NCBI GenBank assembly: GCA_020631855.1
Contig: JACKGU010000002.1
Coordinates: forward strand, 22,569 to 86,568
Direction of reading: 5' to 3'
DNA from: Candidatus Nomurabacteria bacterium
Lineage (GTDB): Bacteria > Patescibacteriota > WWE3 > UBA101185 > UBA10185
Length of the DNA stretch: 64,000 nucleotides
The position numbers and the translations under genes were made by a program. The notes under the pieces are model-generated. The model did not search any database and was not told the DNA's origin. It saw nothing but the letters and a program-made list of their open reading frames with translations. This document shows, piece by piece, positions 8,890 through 18,324 of the stretch (its first letter is position 1; each line of letters opens with the position of its first letter).

Positions 8890-10296
8890 ATGTTTAAAAA
8901 CGCACAGGCCGGTGGGCACCGTGGGGAAAACGGGGGGTCGCCAGACCAGGAAAAGCACCCTAACATTAGCAAACGTGCTTTCTTAAAACTCCTTCTTGCC
9001 GCAAGCACGGCGGCGGTCGGTAAGGCCGGCTATGAAAAGCTACTAGGGCGAGCAGGGGCTGCTCACTTACGGGCACTTGCGGGGGCTGTTGCAGAGGTTG
9101 CGGAGGATCCAAAGGAACCGGGCCGTGCTGAAAATTATGCCGACCTGTACGAAAAATATGGGGGGAAAGAGAAGCTGGGAGTTTCAGAGGAAATGTGGTT
9201 AGAGGGTGGCGTTGCCGCAAGACTAGATGCAGTATCTGGCTTGTATTTTGACAGTACTCTAGAGCAGGGTATTAAAATAGCCTCGGAGCTAAGTGTTAAA
9301 TATGGATTGCGTCCTGAGTACGTCATGCCGGTCTTTTATTTCTTTTGTGATACGAAGATTAGATCACTGTCTAAATTTTTATCTGATAAAGCTGTAAATC
9401 TTGTTCAAACTTTAGCATCGAACACTGTAGATATAGGAGACGACATTATATGCGGAATAGATAGTATATTAAGAGCTCAAAGAGCGGAGCTTAAGAGCGC
9501 ACATTTGGAATGTGATCCGGTTCGGCAGGCGGCAGGAGATATTGCTGTGGCCGCTGCTGGTGAATATACTGGGGCAAGGGCCATGATTCAAATTCGAACA
9601 GTAGGTTTTCTTGATATGCATCCTTCTGAGTACGCCTTAGCAGTAAAGCGTCTAATAAAAGAAGGATTTGTGCGCAAGGAAGATTGTGAAGATTTGTTTG
9701 GTTTCCCCTATGATTCTATAGAAGCTGTTTTGGATTTGCAGACGAAAGTGAAAGAAAGCAGAGATGACAGAGGCAGTAACTTAACCCCATCTGATAATGA
9801 TTACATAAAGGCTGCAAACACTGTAGAGATTTCAGTTACTAGAAATGAAAGATTGTTGCCACAAGGGCTTGAGCTTGCATTTGCATATTTTTCTATGCAA
9901 TTATCTCTTCTTAGAGAAAATTTTTCGGAACTTTTTGTTTATGCCGATGCAGGAAACGTTGAAGCGCAGATGATAGTTTCATATTTGATGATGCAGACTG
10001 TAGATATTTACGCTACTTCGGAGACCGAAGTTTTTGACAGCAATCACCCGCACTATAACCCCTCTTTGGACGAAGGTTTTACTGCGAAGTATATGGCAGA
10101 AGCCATAGCTAAAGACTTCGAACAACTGCCCGCCTATCAAAGGCTTATGAGGATTTGGAGACGTCAGCGCGGCTCTACTTTTCCTATTATAAATTCAGCA
10201 CGCGGCGTAATCGAAGCTCATTTGAAGGGCCCCCCTGAGCCTATAAATTCTCTTGTACCCTCCTTTATAAAAAATCTTCTTGATCATTCGTATTAA
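8890..10296 (+). CDS. hypothetical secreted protein (KR variant of Tat-like signal)
   Basis: 468 aa; N-terminus SKRAFLKLLLAASTAAVG resembles S-R-R-x-F-L-K Tat motif with KR; 5' part visibly GC-richer than surroundings. Confidence 0.4.
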   Translation: MFKNAQAGGHRGENGGSPDQEKHPNISKRAFLKLLLAASTAAVGKAGYEKLLGRAGAAHLRALAGAVAEVAEDPKEPGRAENYADLYEKYGGKEKLGVSEEMWLEGGVAARLDAVSGLYFDSTLEQGIKIASELSVKYGLRPEYVMPVFYFFCDTKIRSLSKFLSDKAVNLVQTLASNTVDIGDDIICGIDSILRAQRAELKSAHLECDPVRQAAGDIAVAAAGEYTGARAMIQIRTVGFLDMHPSEYALAVKRLIKEGFVRKEDCEDLFGFPYDSIEAVLDLQTKVKESRDDRGSNLTPSDNDYIKAANTVEISVTRNERLLPQGLELAFAYFSMQLSLLRENFSELFVYADAGNVEAQMIVSYLMMQTVDIYATSETEVFDSNHPHYNPSLDEGFTAKYMAEAIAKDFEQLPAYQRLMRIWRRQRGSTFPIINSARGVIEAHLKGPPEPINSLVPSFIKNLLDHSY

Positions 10297-10303
10297 GGCC
10301 CAG

Positions 10304-11773
10304 CTAGTATGATTGTGCAAATAGCCACCTGTGGTTTGCGCTTTTTCCACAGTAAACACACTTACCGCTTTCTTCTACTGTCTCTAAAGGTAAGCATCTT
10401 GTGGTCGCTTTGGTTTCCTGCTTAATTATTTCTTCACATTTTGGGTCTTGGCACCAAAAAGCTTTTATGAAACCCTTCTTTGTTTCCAAGATTGTTTTAA
10501 ATTCTTCGTAGCTGTCTACACTATTTGTGTTTTTCTCTCTGTTGCTTTTTGCGTTAGCAAGAAGTTGTTGCTGTATATTCTTGAGCATTTCTAATATATC
10601 ATTCGAGCAGTCCCCTGCCGATAATGTTTTCTTTTCGAAGTCTACTCTGTTTACAGCTTTTAACTCTTTGTTCTCGAGCTCGATCCTCCCTATCTCTATT
10701 CTTATAGGAGTACCCCTCTTTTCCCATTCATTAAACTTGTATCCTGGAGTTTGATAATCTCTAGAATCCAGCTCAGCTCTAATACCTACCTTTTCTAGTT
10801 TTTGTTTAACCTCTTCTGCAAAAGCTAAGATTCCTTTCATATCCTCTAAGTCTTTCCAAATAGGTATAATAACAACCTGAACGGGTGCAACTTTGGGAGG
10901 TAGCACTAGCCCCCTATCGTCGCTGTGGGTCATTATCAGTCCGCCAATAATTCTTGTACTCATTCCCCAACTTGTTTGCCATGCATATGTAAGAGTACCG
11001 TTCTCATCAGTGTATTTAATATCAAAAGCTTTGGAGAAATTGTCGCCAAGATTGTGAGAGGTTCCTGCTTGAAGAGCTTTCCCGTCCTGCATAAGAGCTT
11101 CAATCGTGTAAGTTTTTAATGCTCCAGGAAATTTTTCTGCCTCAGATTTTTGTCCGGCTACCGGAGACATTGCGAGAAATTCCTCTGCAAAGCTCCTATA
11201 CACCTCAAGCATCTTCAGAGTTTCTTCTTGAGCTTCTGCTTGTGTTGCGTGCACTGTGTGGCCTTCTTGCCACAAGAATTCTGTAGTTCGTAAAAATAAC
11301 TTAGTTCGAAGTTCCCACCTTACTACGTTTGCCCATTGATTAACCAATAAAGGTAAATCTCGCCAAGATTGAATCCATTTCGAAAATGTTTGATACATGA
11401 TTGCTTCGGAGGTCGGTCTAATAATGACTTCCTCGTCGAGTTTTGATCCGGGGTCAACCTCGATTCCTTGAGGTGTTGACATTAATCTATGGTGAGTTAC
11501 TACAGCCGATTCTTTCGCGAATCCTGCTACATGCTCTGCTTCTTTAGCAAGACTTGATAGTGGAACAAAAAGAGGAAAATAAACATTTTTATGTCCTGTT
11601 TCTTTGATCCTTCTATCCAATTCGTGTTGAATGTTTTCCCATATAGCATAGCCGTTCGGTTTCATAACCATGCAGCCTCTGACAAAAGAATTTTCCGCCA
11701 AATCTGCTAGGGCAATTACGTCCTGATACCATTGATTGTAATCTTGTCCTCGAGTAGAGATATTTTTTCGCAT
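10304..11773 (-). CDS. proS: prolyl-tRNA synthetase, archaeal/eukaryotic-type class II
   Basis: 489 aa; class II motifs, C-terminal zinc-binding CVYCGK and terminal FAQSY characteristic of archaeal-type ProRS; ends with TAG. Confidence 0.85.
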   Translation of the reverse strand: MRKNISTRGQDYNQWYQDVIALADLAENSFVRGCMVMKPNGYAIWENIQHELDRRIKETGHKNVYFPLFVPLSSLAKEAEHVAGFAKESAVVTHHRLMSTPQGIEVDPGSKLDEEVIIRPTSEAIMYQTFSKWIQSWRDLPLLVNQWANVVRWELRTKLFLRTTEFLWQEGHTVHATQAEAQEETLKMLEVYRSFAEEFLAMSPVAGQKSEAEKFPGALKTYTIEALMQDGKALQAGTSHNLGDNFSKAFDIKYTDENGTLTYAWQTSWGMSTRIIGGLIMTHSDDRGLVLPPKVAPVQVVIIPIWKDLEDMKGILAFAEEVKQKLEKVGIRAELDSRDYQTPGYKFNEWEKRGTPIRIEIGRIELENKELKAVNRVDFEKKTLSAGDCSNDILEMLKNIQQQLLANAKSNREKNTNSVDSYEEFKTILETKKGFIKAFWCQDPKCEEIIKQETKATTRCLPLETVEESGKCVYCGKSANHRWLFAQSY

Positions 11774-11872
11774 ATCACATTATTATATCAGTAAATTCAG
11801 TTTGTAAGGAAATTTCACAAAATAAAAAAAGTTGATATATTGGGTATATGTTGATTTTCTCTGTGTTACACA

Positions 11873-12943
11873 GTGCCCTACCAGAGTGTAACCCGATTTT
11901 ACAGGCAAATAATGGTTAGATCGATTGCGGCCTCACTAGCTAGCGAGTACAATTCTGCAGACTTTTCTGTTGAAAAGCTTGTAAGAGAGCTAGATGCCCC
12001 CCACATGACCGAAAGCTTAAAGGGAAGGTTAATAAATCAAACTTTTTTTGAGAGACTTAGGCTTTTGAATTCTTTAGGCCTGGTTGAAGGTGATACAGCT
12101 TCTTGCAGAGACAGAGTCGATGATAAGCTGCTAGCAGAAGGTGCTGTCGTTGTTCAGACGAACACGCGTCGCCGGCTGAAGGTTTGCGGAATGGAAGCTG
12201 CTTACTATGAGTTTGTAGATCATTATTATAAAAATAGTAAAAAGTTTCCGAACCATTCCGTTTTAGCACTTTCGGTTTGGCAGACATTAAATGAGCTTCT
12301 CGGTCTTTCTGTGGGCGAGGCTGCACCTTCCGCGAGAGATCGAAGATTGTTTTATACGAACAGACCAGAAGTTCCTTTAGAAGGCTTCTTTAGAGGTAGA
12401 AATTTATATGGAAAAGCCGGAGGTTCCGAATGGGCGGTTCTCGCACATCAGCTACTTATGCTTTCTGGAGCTGAGGGTATGAAGTTTGCTCTTGTTCCAT
12501 CGACAAATTCTTATGTGTCTGCTAGAAAGAGGGATATAAGTGAAAGAGATTTGAGAGCTGAGCGTGAGAAACAACTTAAATCGAGCCAAGATAGAGGAGA
12601 TGACAACGACATTTTTCCTCCAGGGTTTCTTGCTTCCACGCTATTACCCAAAGAGCCTCTTTATTACCACATAGTTCATGTTAAAAATGGCAAAGTTTTT
12701 TTAGTATGTTTTGATCCGCGTTTGTCCACCACCTACACAGTTGATAAAGGGGGTAAGGAGTCTTGGCCCTTGTTGGTTCAGCTGAAGCCAGACTTTAATG
12801 CTCAACTTAAGCATGGTCTTTTTGTTCAAGCGCATGATATTCGAGTGCCTTCCGGTGCGACTCGCTCGCCTAGTCCTCATCCTGACTATGACCGTTGTAG
12901 TACTGTTGCCGTTCGGCGGGCAGCCCTAATTTTTCGAGAATAG
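11873..12943 (+). CDS. hypothetical protein
   Basis: 356 aa intact ORF, GC-richer than neighbours; no family recognised. Confidence 0.4.
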   Translation: MPYQSVTRFYRQIMVRSIAASLASEYNSADFSVEKLVRELDAPHMTESLKGRLINQTFFERLRLLNSLGLVEGDTASCRDRVDDKLLAEGAVVVQTNTRRRLKVCGMEAAYYEFVDHYYKNSKKFPNHSVLALSVWQTLNELLGLSVGEAAPSARDRRLFYTNRPEVPLEGFFRGRNLYGKAGGSEWAVLAHQLLMLSGAEGMKFALVPSTNSYVSARKRDISERDLRAEREKQLKSSQDRGDDNDIFPPGFLASTLLPKEPLYYHIVHVKNGKVFLVCFDPRLSTTYTVDKGGKESWPLLVQLKPDFNAQLKHGLFVQAHDIRVPSGATRSPSPHPDYDRCSTVAVRRAALIFRE

Positions 12944-13008
12944 TTTTTTTCTAACGCAAAGATCCCCTCCCCAACAAAGAAGAAAGGTAGGCTCGAATTA
13001 ATAGGCTT

Positions 13009-13872
13009 CTATCGCATTGAATATATATCTAAAACTGCTTGTATTACGATCGGGTAGTTTACATCAGGCGTACTTGAAAGTCCCATAAAGGAAATTGTTT
13101 TTCCGTCTGAGTAAAAACTTTCTTTCACAATAGCGGTTTTATCTTTTATGCTCAGATTTGTGAGTAAATCAGATTTGTCCGAGATGATATCTATCCAGGG
13201 ATGTTCAGCGATAGAATTAATAAAATCTTTTCGACTCGGAGCTTTTTCTTTGTATTGCAGCTGTACGCTCCCGTAATAAGTAAATTTGTTTTGGTAAGGT
13301 TCCCCTCTAAGGTAAACAATGTCCATCCGAGCATTTACCCCAAACAGCTCCAGTATCTGGCTGTTAGCGTTAGGGTTGTTGGGCATGAGCATTCGTGACG
13401 TGTTTGATACTTTAGAATGAGTTCCTAAAATTTTGTATGGTAGCGACATTTTGTTCTTCTTCAATGCACTTAATACTTTAAGTACGGAAATTCCTGAGCA
13501 CAGGGGCATGAGAAAATGCTCGTGCTTGTTAATGTTGGTGCTTCCCGGGTAATACAATGCTCCTATAGAACGATCCTCTTCCCCATTCTGAAAGATTGCT
13601 CTTAAACCAATATTGCTATAAATAGGTTTGTTTTTTGAGCCCTCACCTCTTGGTGAACAATCTATCACTACCTTTGCTTCATGAGCATCGTGTGAAGAAA
13701 GTTCGTGCGGGCTTTCACAGGTTTTGTACCCTCTCTTCAAAAGAATATCTCTTTTGTGTCTATTTGGCTCAATTATTTTAACTATTTTTATATTTTTATG
13801 ATTGCTTTCTATGTGATCAACAAGTCCTGCTCCGAAGACCCCATATCCGGCAATTAGTATGTTTGATTGCAT
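13009..13872 (-). CDS. NAD(P)-binding dehydrogenase resembling archaeal-type (class II) glyceraldehyde-3-phosphate dehydrogenase
   Basis: 287 aa; N-terminal GYGVFGAGL Rossmann start; VIDCSPRGEGSKNKPIY...RAIFQNGEE resembles class II GAPDH VVD.TP.G.G...KP.Y...KAIFQGGEK; Cys in LCSGIS at position of catalytic SCNTT. Confidence 0.4.
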   Translation of the reverse strand: MQSNILIAGYGVFGAGLVDHIESNHKNIKIVKIIEPNRHKRDILLKRGYKTCESPHELSSHDAHEAKVVIDCSPRGEGSKNKPIYSNIGLRAIFQNGEEDRSIGALYYPGSTNINKHEHFLMPLCSGISVLKVLSALKKNKMSLPYKILGTHSKVSNTSRMLMPNNPNANSQILELFGVNARMDIVYLRGEPYQNKFTYYGSVQLQYKEKAPSRKDFINSIAEHPWIDIISDKSDLLTNLSIKDKTAIVKESFYSDGKTISFMGLSSTPDVNYPIVIQAVLDIYSMR

Positions 13873-14133
13873 TTTATCCTTAAATATTTAATTTAATTAT
13901 GTGTAACGTATTAAGTTGTGCTTGATGATTTGTGACCCCTATAAGAGGCCAAAGAAAAAGGTCAATGAGAATATTAATTTCTTCTCAACTAGCATAATCG
14001 TATTGTACCATCAAAAATAAATCTTTTGTAGTTTTTTAGGTGTCATCTTACTATTTGGGTATTCGTGGGTGCTTACTTTATAGTCGGCTCATCGAGGCTT
14101 GTTACTGAGCAGGTCTTGTAGTAAACTTACGTT

Positions 14134-14379
14134 ATGAAAAACAAAGAACCTACACACATTTGCGCCAATTGCGGCTTTAAAGGCAGGCCCGTTAAACAGA
14201 CTAAGGGATCCTTTGCTCTTGAACTTTTATTGTGGATTGTATTTTTAATTCCAGGAGTCGCTTATACCATATGGAGGATGACTACAACCCAAGAAGTTTG
14301 CCCTAAATGCAAAACGCCTAACATGCTCCCCTTAGACACCCCTAAAGGTAGAGAGCTTGAACAAAGTTTTTTGGCTTAA
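14134..14379 (+). CDS. small zinc-ribbon membrane protein
   Basis: 81 aa; CANCG...CPKC four-Cys ribbon flanking one TM helix. Confidence 0.4.
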   Translation: MKNKEPTHICANCGFKGRPVKQTKGSFALELLLWIVFLIPGVAYTIWRMTTTQEVCPKCKTPNMLPLDTPKGRELEQSFLA

Positions 14380-14458
14380 TATTCACGCTTTGTATTTGGA
14401 ATATTGACGTCTACTTTTCTCATTAAGGGTAGCTTGTTTATAATTTTGTTACTTAAAA

Positions 14459-14556
14459 CTACTTGTTTAAGCTAGTAGACGCAGTATACCCAACGTGTTG
14501 AGCTCTGCCGCGCAAAGATATTACGGCAAACAACCTTTGTAAGCTGGTGGTGGTTT
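14459..14556 (+). repeat. ~100-nt intergenic repeat element, copy B
   Basis: CTACTTGTTTAAGCTAGTAGACGCAG...ATTACGGCAAAC...GTAAGCTGGTGGTGGTT; convergent intergenic region. Confidence 0.6.
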
Positions 14557-14668
14557 ATTTTCCGTGCACTTTAGTTATTCTCGTTTAAAGTTAGGGGTGG
14601 TGTAGCAGTAAGGTCATGGAGTGTTTCATGCTCCAAGATGCAAATGAGACAATAGCACAGGCTGGGGG

Positions 14669-15535
14669 CTACGACTTTATCATTATTCCTGCTGCAAAAG
14701 CTAGCGCTCCTGCTATAACCTTCTTTAATTGATTATCTTTTTCTTTGAGGAAGATAATTCCAAAAATAACTGATAAAACAACCTGTGCAGTAAGTAGAAC
14801 CACGACAACACCTCTATCGGGAGCGTATCTATATGCAAGATAAGAAAATACAAAATAAAGCATGCTGGTACCACTTGCAAATAGAGTTTTTAAAAACGAC
14901 TCCTTAATCTGTTGTTTTAAGAGGTGAAGATCGTTGATAATACGTTTCAAGTATAATATGCCAACAATCAAACTCGGCCCTATATATGCCATAAGTAAGT
15001 ATGCTCCTGTGCTAATTACTTTAGATAGATTTGCACTGGCAACTTGAAATACAGCGAATAGTATTGATGAAGCTATTACATAAAGTACCCCCGAATTCAT
15101 ATCTAGTCCCCCTTTTTTGTACTGAACAAGAAGGATTGCAAAAAGCATTAGAAGAATACCTACTATTTGTTTTGTAGAAAAAATACTATCTAAAAATGCA
15201 ACGGATAAAATGGCACCCCATATAAGAATTGACGAAAAGATAATTTGGGTTGTTCCTGAGTCTAAATATTTTATACCTTTGAAAAAAAGAATATTCCCAA
15301 AAGCTTGAGATAGAACCATTATTAATGCTGATAAGTAAAAAGATTCTATACCTGTAAAGGATATACCTCCGACAAAAGGGCTAATTATAATTGATAAAAT
15401 ACTTGCGAATGTTGTTAGCAGTATAGAATGTGTTATTGCAGAAACTTTTACATCTTTACTAAGAACTTTCGTAGCTATGCCGCCGTACATTGCCCTTGTA
15501 GTTATAGCTAATAATGTAAGATAAATCCAATTCAT
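14669..15535 (-). CDS. EamA/DMT-family transporter
   Basis: 288 aa, about 10 TM helices in two halves, typical DMT topology. Confidence 0.5.
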   Translation of the reverse strand: MNWIYLTLLAITTRAMYGGIATKVLSKDVKVSAITHSILLTTFASILSIIISPFVGGISFTGIESFYLSALIMVLSQAFGNILFFKGIKYLDSGTTQIIFSSILIWGAILSVAFLDSIFSTKQIVGILLMLFAILLVQYKKGGLDMNSGVLYVIASSILFAVFQVASANLSKVISTGAYLLMAYIGPSLIVGILYLKRIINDLHLLKQQIKESFLKTLFASGTSMLYFVFSYLAYRYAPDRGVVVVLLTAQVVLSVIFGIIFLKEKDNQLKKVIAGALAFAAGIMIKS

Positions 15536-16026
15536 GCTGTTATTTTAACATTAATCATTGCATAAATAACGAGATTGCGTCATCAATTGCATTAAGAGAA
15601 TTCAATATAGTCATGCTGAAGATTAGTGAGGATTTTATTCCGTTTTGGTTGCGAGATAGAAACTAATCTAGAACTGCTGAACATTATATCAACTTATTAT
15701 CAAATAATTCAGAATTTCAATACCAGTACAGCCGAGTTTTTGTCTTATGTATCGACAGGAGAAGTAAAAGACATACCTGGTCTAATTCTATAATCTGGTT
15801 ATGGCAGATGATATAAGAAAAGACAATCTAGATGATGTGGTACAGCTACAAAACAAAAAAGCTACTGATGGTCAAAGAAACCAACAAAAACACCCTAGTC
15901 AGGAGAAACCTGCTAACGAAAGTAATAAACCAGCTACCACTATAACAAGAAACAATAACGAAACCATTACACTCGGCCAAGGTGTTACATTGAAGAAGCA
16001 GCTCGAACCAAAAGCATATCTCTTGG

Positions 16027-16518
16027 TTGGACAATGTTGTACTCGTACTATATAATTACACCATGGTACCAGCGATAATTCCAATACCTTTCGTACAATA
16101 TGTTAAAAAAGAAGATGTTTTTTCTTTTCTTACAAGCAGAAGAAAAGTTGTTGGCCTAGTTTTATTTGCAATGGTTAATGTAAATGTGATTATGGCCTTG
16201 GCTGTTTTTCCTAGGTTACGGTCTATGTATATAGATTTGGGAATACCAGTCCCCATGCCTATAACAATATTCCCATATGGTATTACCTTACTCGGGTTGG
16301 TTTATCTAGCCATAAGTGTTTATTTATTTTCTACCAAGCCCGATAAAGAAAAGATAGAAGAGCTAATTAGTAAATATAACGATGGGGAGATGATTAGTGT
16401 AAAGCAGTTCACAGAAGTTAAGTTGGATTTGCTAGTATTTTTCCTAATTGGTTTATCTGTTGCTTATCTATTGCTGTCAATCGTTGCCCCAATCTACAGT
16501 ATAACTTCTTCAGTGTAG
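16027..16518 (+). CDS. hypothetical membrane protein
   Basis: 163 aa, about 4 TM helices. Confidence 0.35.
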   Translation: MDNVVLVLYNYTMVPAIIPIPFVQYVKKEDVFSFLTSRRKVVGLVLFAMVNVNVIMALAVFPRLRSMYIDLGIPVPMPITIFPYGITLLGLVYLAISVYLFSTKPDKEKIEELISKYNDGEMISVKQFTEVKLDLLVFFLIGLSVAYLLLSIVAPIYSITSSV

Positions 16519-17399
16519 CGCATGCGATAGTTTGCACCCATAAGTATGTAAGATGAGTTAACATCATAATTAGTTATTATTTCTTCCCCTAACCTAAATT
16601 GAGTTTCCAAAGTATCAAAACCTACATGGGGTGTCGCAACAACGTTATCCAAATTAACAAGTTCAACCGTCTCTTTTGCAGGACTCCCTTTCAAGGGTTC
16701 ATTTGAAAATACGTCTAAAGCAGCGCCTGCAATTTCTCGTTTGCTTAATTTATCAAATAGGGCTTTCTGATCGATAATTTCACCTCTTGCCGTGTGGACA
16801 ATAAATGCAGATTCTCTCAGTAAATCTAATCTATCCTTATTAATTAAGTTCCTAGTATTCTCATTCAAAGGGAGATTTAAAACTAAATAATCGGTCCCTT
16901 TTACATATCTGTTAAAAACCTCTTCTGAAGTTTTTGAGTTAGCAGATAGAACACGTATGCCAATTGAATTTAGTAGCTTAGCAGCTTTACTTCCAATATT
17001 ACCTTCTCCAACTATAAATGCGGTTCTATTGGCCAATTCTACTCCAGTCGTTTGGGAACCCCGCCATATTCCGCTTCTTAATTCAATATTTTGTTGAGTA
17101 ATTCTTTTAGAAACCGCCAACATCAAACCCAAGGTAAGTTCTGCTACTGCGCACGAATTGTGCGTAGGACAATTTATTACCCTTATACCTTTTTCTTTTG
17201 CAGAAACAGCATCTACCCATTCATAACCAACTGCTGGAACTATAATATATTTTAATTTATTTACTTTGCTTAGTATTTCCTCTGTAATATCAATCCAGTT
17301 AGCCGTAATTACTTCAGCCTACGCCAAGGCTTCTGCGGATAACTTCTCGTCCAACCACTACCATAAAAATTTGTATTCCACTTTCAGCGAAATTCAAGT
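16494..17399 (-). pseudogene. D-isomer-specific 2-hydroxyacid dehydrogenase, N-terminal domain disrupted by in-frame stops
   Basis: Intact C-terminal NAD-binding part 16494..17132 (GIWRGSQ...VGEGNIGSKAAKLL...). The same frame upstream still reads a recognisable catalytic-domain sequence (AEVITANWIDITEEILSKVNKLKYIIVPAVGYEWVDAVSAKEKGIRVINCP...) but contains TAG at 17319-17321 and 17358-17360 and TGA at 17394-17396. Confidence 0.55.
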
Positions 17400-17441
17400 T
17401 TTTATGGTCGACTATAGCAGACTATTTTTGCAACTTTTACG

Positions 17442-18122
17442 CTAAAGATTTGGTGTTGGTGGGCTAATTGATGGTTCTACATATCTTTCAACCCACATTA
17501 CAACTTCTAGGTCGGTTATGTCTTCAATACTATGACCGCTATCAAGAGCATACCTTGTATAAGTACAAGCTAACTCATCGCAATAATATTCTGAATTTGA
17601 TTTCCCCATATTATCTAAGGTGGCTACAGCTTGAATCACTTTTTCCTCATCGGGGAACATCATTATTGTTAGTTGGCTATTTTTAATGTCTGAACTTGTC
17701 AGTGTCGTTTTATATTTTGGATAATACCAGCCAACCCATTGTACTTCTTCTAAGGATGTGATCTCATTTAAAGCGTTTGTAGGTATGTAGAAGATATATG
17801 AATAATTTGGAACGTATCCATATCTTTTTGCACCTAACTTCTCCAGTTTTGAGGTTACTTCGTCATAGTACATAGGATCTTTCACTTGAACCAAGACATA
17901 AGCATGCTCTCTGTATACGAGATTTTCTACCATAGGATCACTGATTCGAGTGTCTATCTCTCCGACTTGCAAAGATATCAGATAATTCTCTGGAATTTGC
18001 TTTTCAGTATTATTTACCAGAGGAGGATTAATAACAGGCGAATCTGTTACATTTCTTTTTAGAAACAGGAAAGCTGTGAAAAATAAGGCAATAAAAACTA
18101 TTAATACAAATAATCTTTTCAT
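17442..18122 (-). CDS. hypothetical secreted protein (signal peptide)
   Basis: 226 aa; N-terminal KRLFVLIVFIALFFTAFLF signal/TM. Confidence 0.45.
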   Translation of the reverse strand: MKRLFVLIVFIALFFTAFLFLKRNVTDSPVINPPLVNNTEKQIPENYLISLQVGEIDTRISDPMVENLVYREHAYVLVQVKDPMYYDEVTSKLEKLGAKRYGYVPNYSYIFYIPTNALNEITSLEEVQWVGWYYPKYKTTLTSSDIKNSQLTIMMFPDEEKVIQAVATLDNMGKSNSEYYCDELACTYTRYALDSGHSIEDITDLEVVMWVERYVEPSISPPTPNL

Positions 18123-18222
18123 AAAGAAAGTATATCAAAAAGTTCTAAAGTCCTGATAGGTTTTCAAAATTTAGAACTCTGGAATTATTGCTGCAACAAT
18201 GAGAAAAGCCGGTTTATTTTAC

Positions 18223-18300
18223 TGGTCGGGGTAACAGGATTCGAACCTGTGGCCTCACGGTCCCAAACCGTGCGCTCTAGCCAAGCTGAGCTATACCCCG
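18223..18300 (-). tRNA. tRNA-Pro (anticodon TGG), CCA encoded
   Basis: Manual cloverleaf: acceptor CGGGGTA/TACCCCG, anticodon stem CACGG/CCGTG, loop TTTGGGA, T-loop TTCGAAT. Confidence 0.85.
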
Positions 18301-18324
18301 AGATGTACTTTAAGCAGTATCATT

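Noticed and set aside
15801-16055. 84-aa low-complexity ORF (Q/N/K-rich)
   Set aside because: Compositionally biased, overlaps the start of 16027-16518, and has no recognisable features. Too weak to call.
17133-17399. Stop-codon reassignment (TAG or TGA read as sense) to rescue the dehydrogenase N-terminus
   Set aside because: proS ends with TAG, and trxB and other well-defined genes end with TGA at the expected C-termini. The standard code applies, so a pseudogene is the simpler reading.
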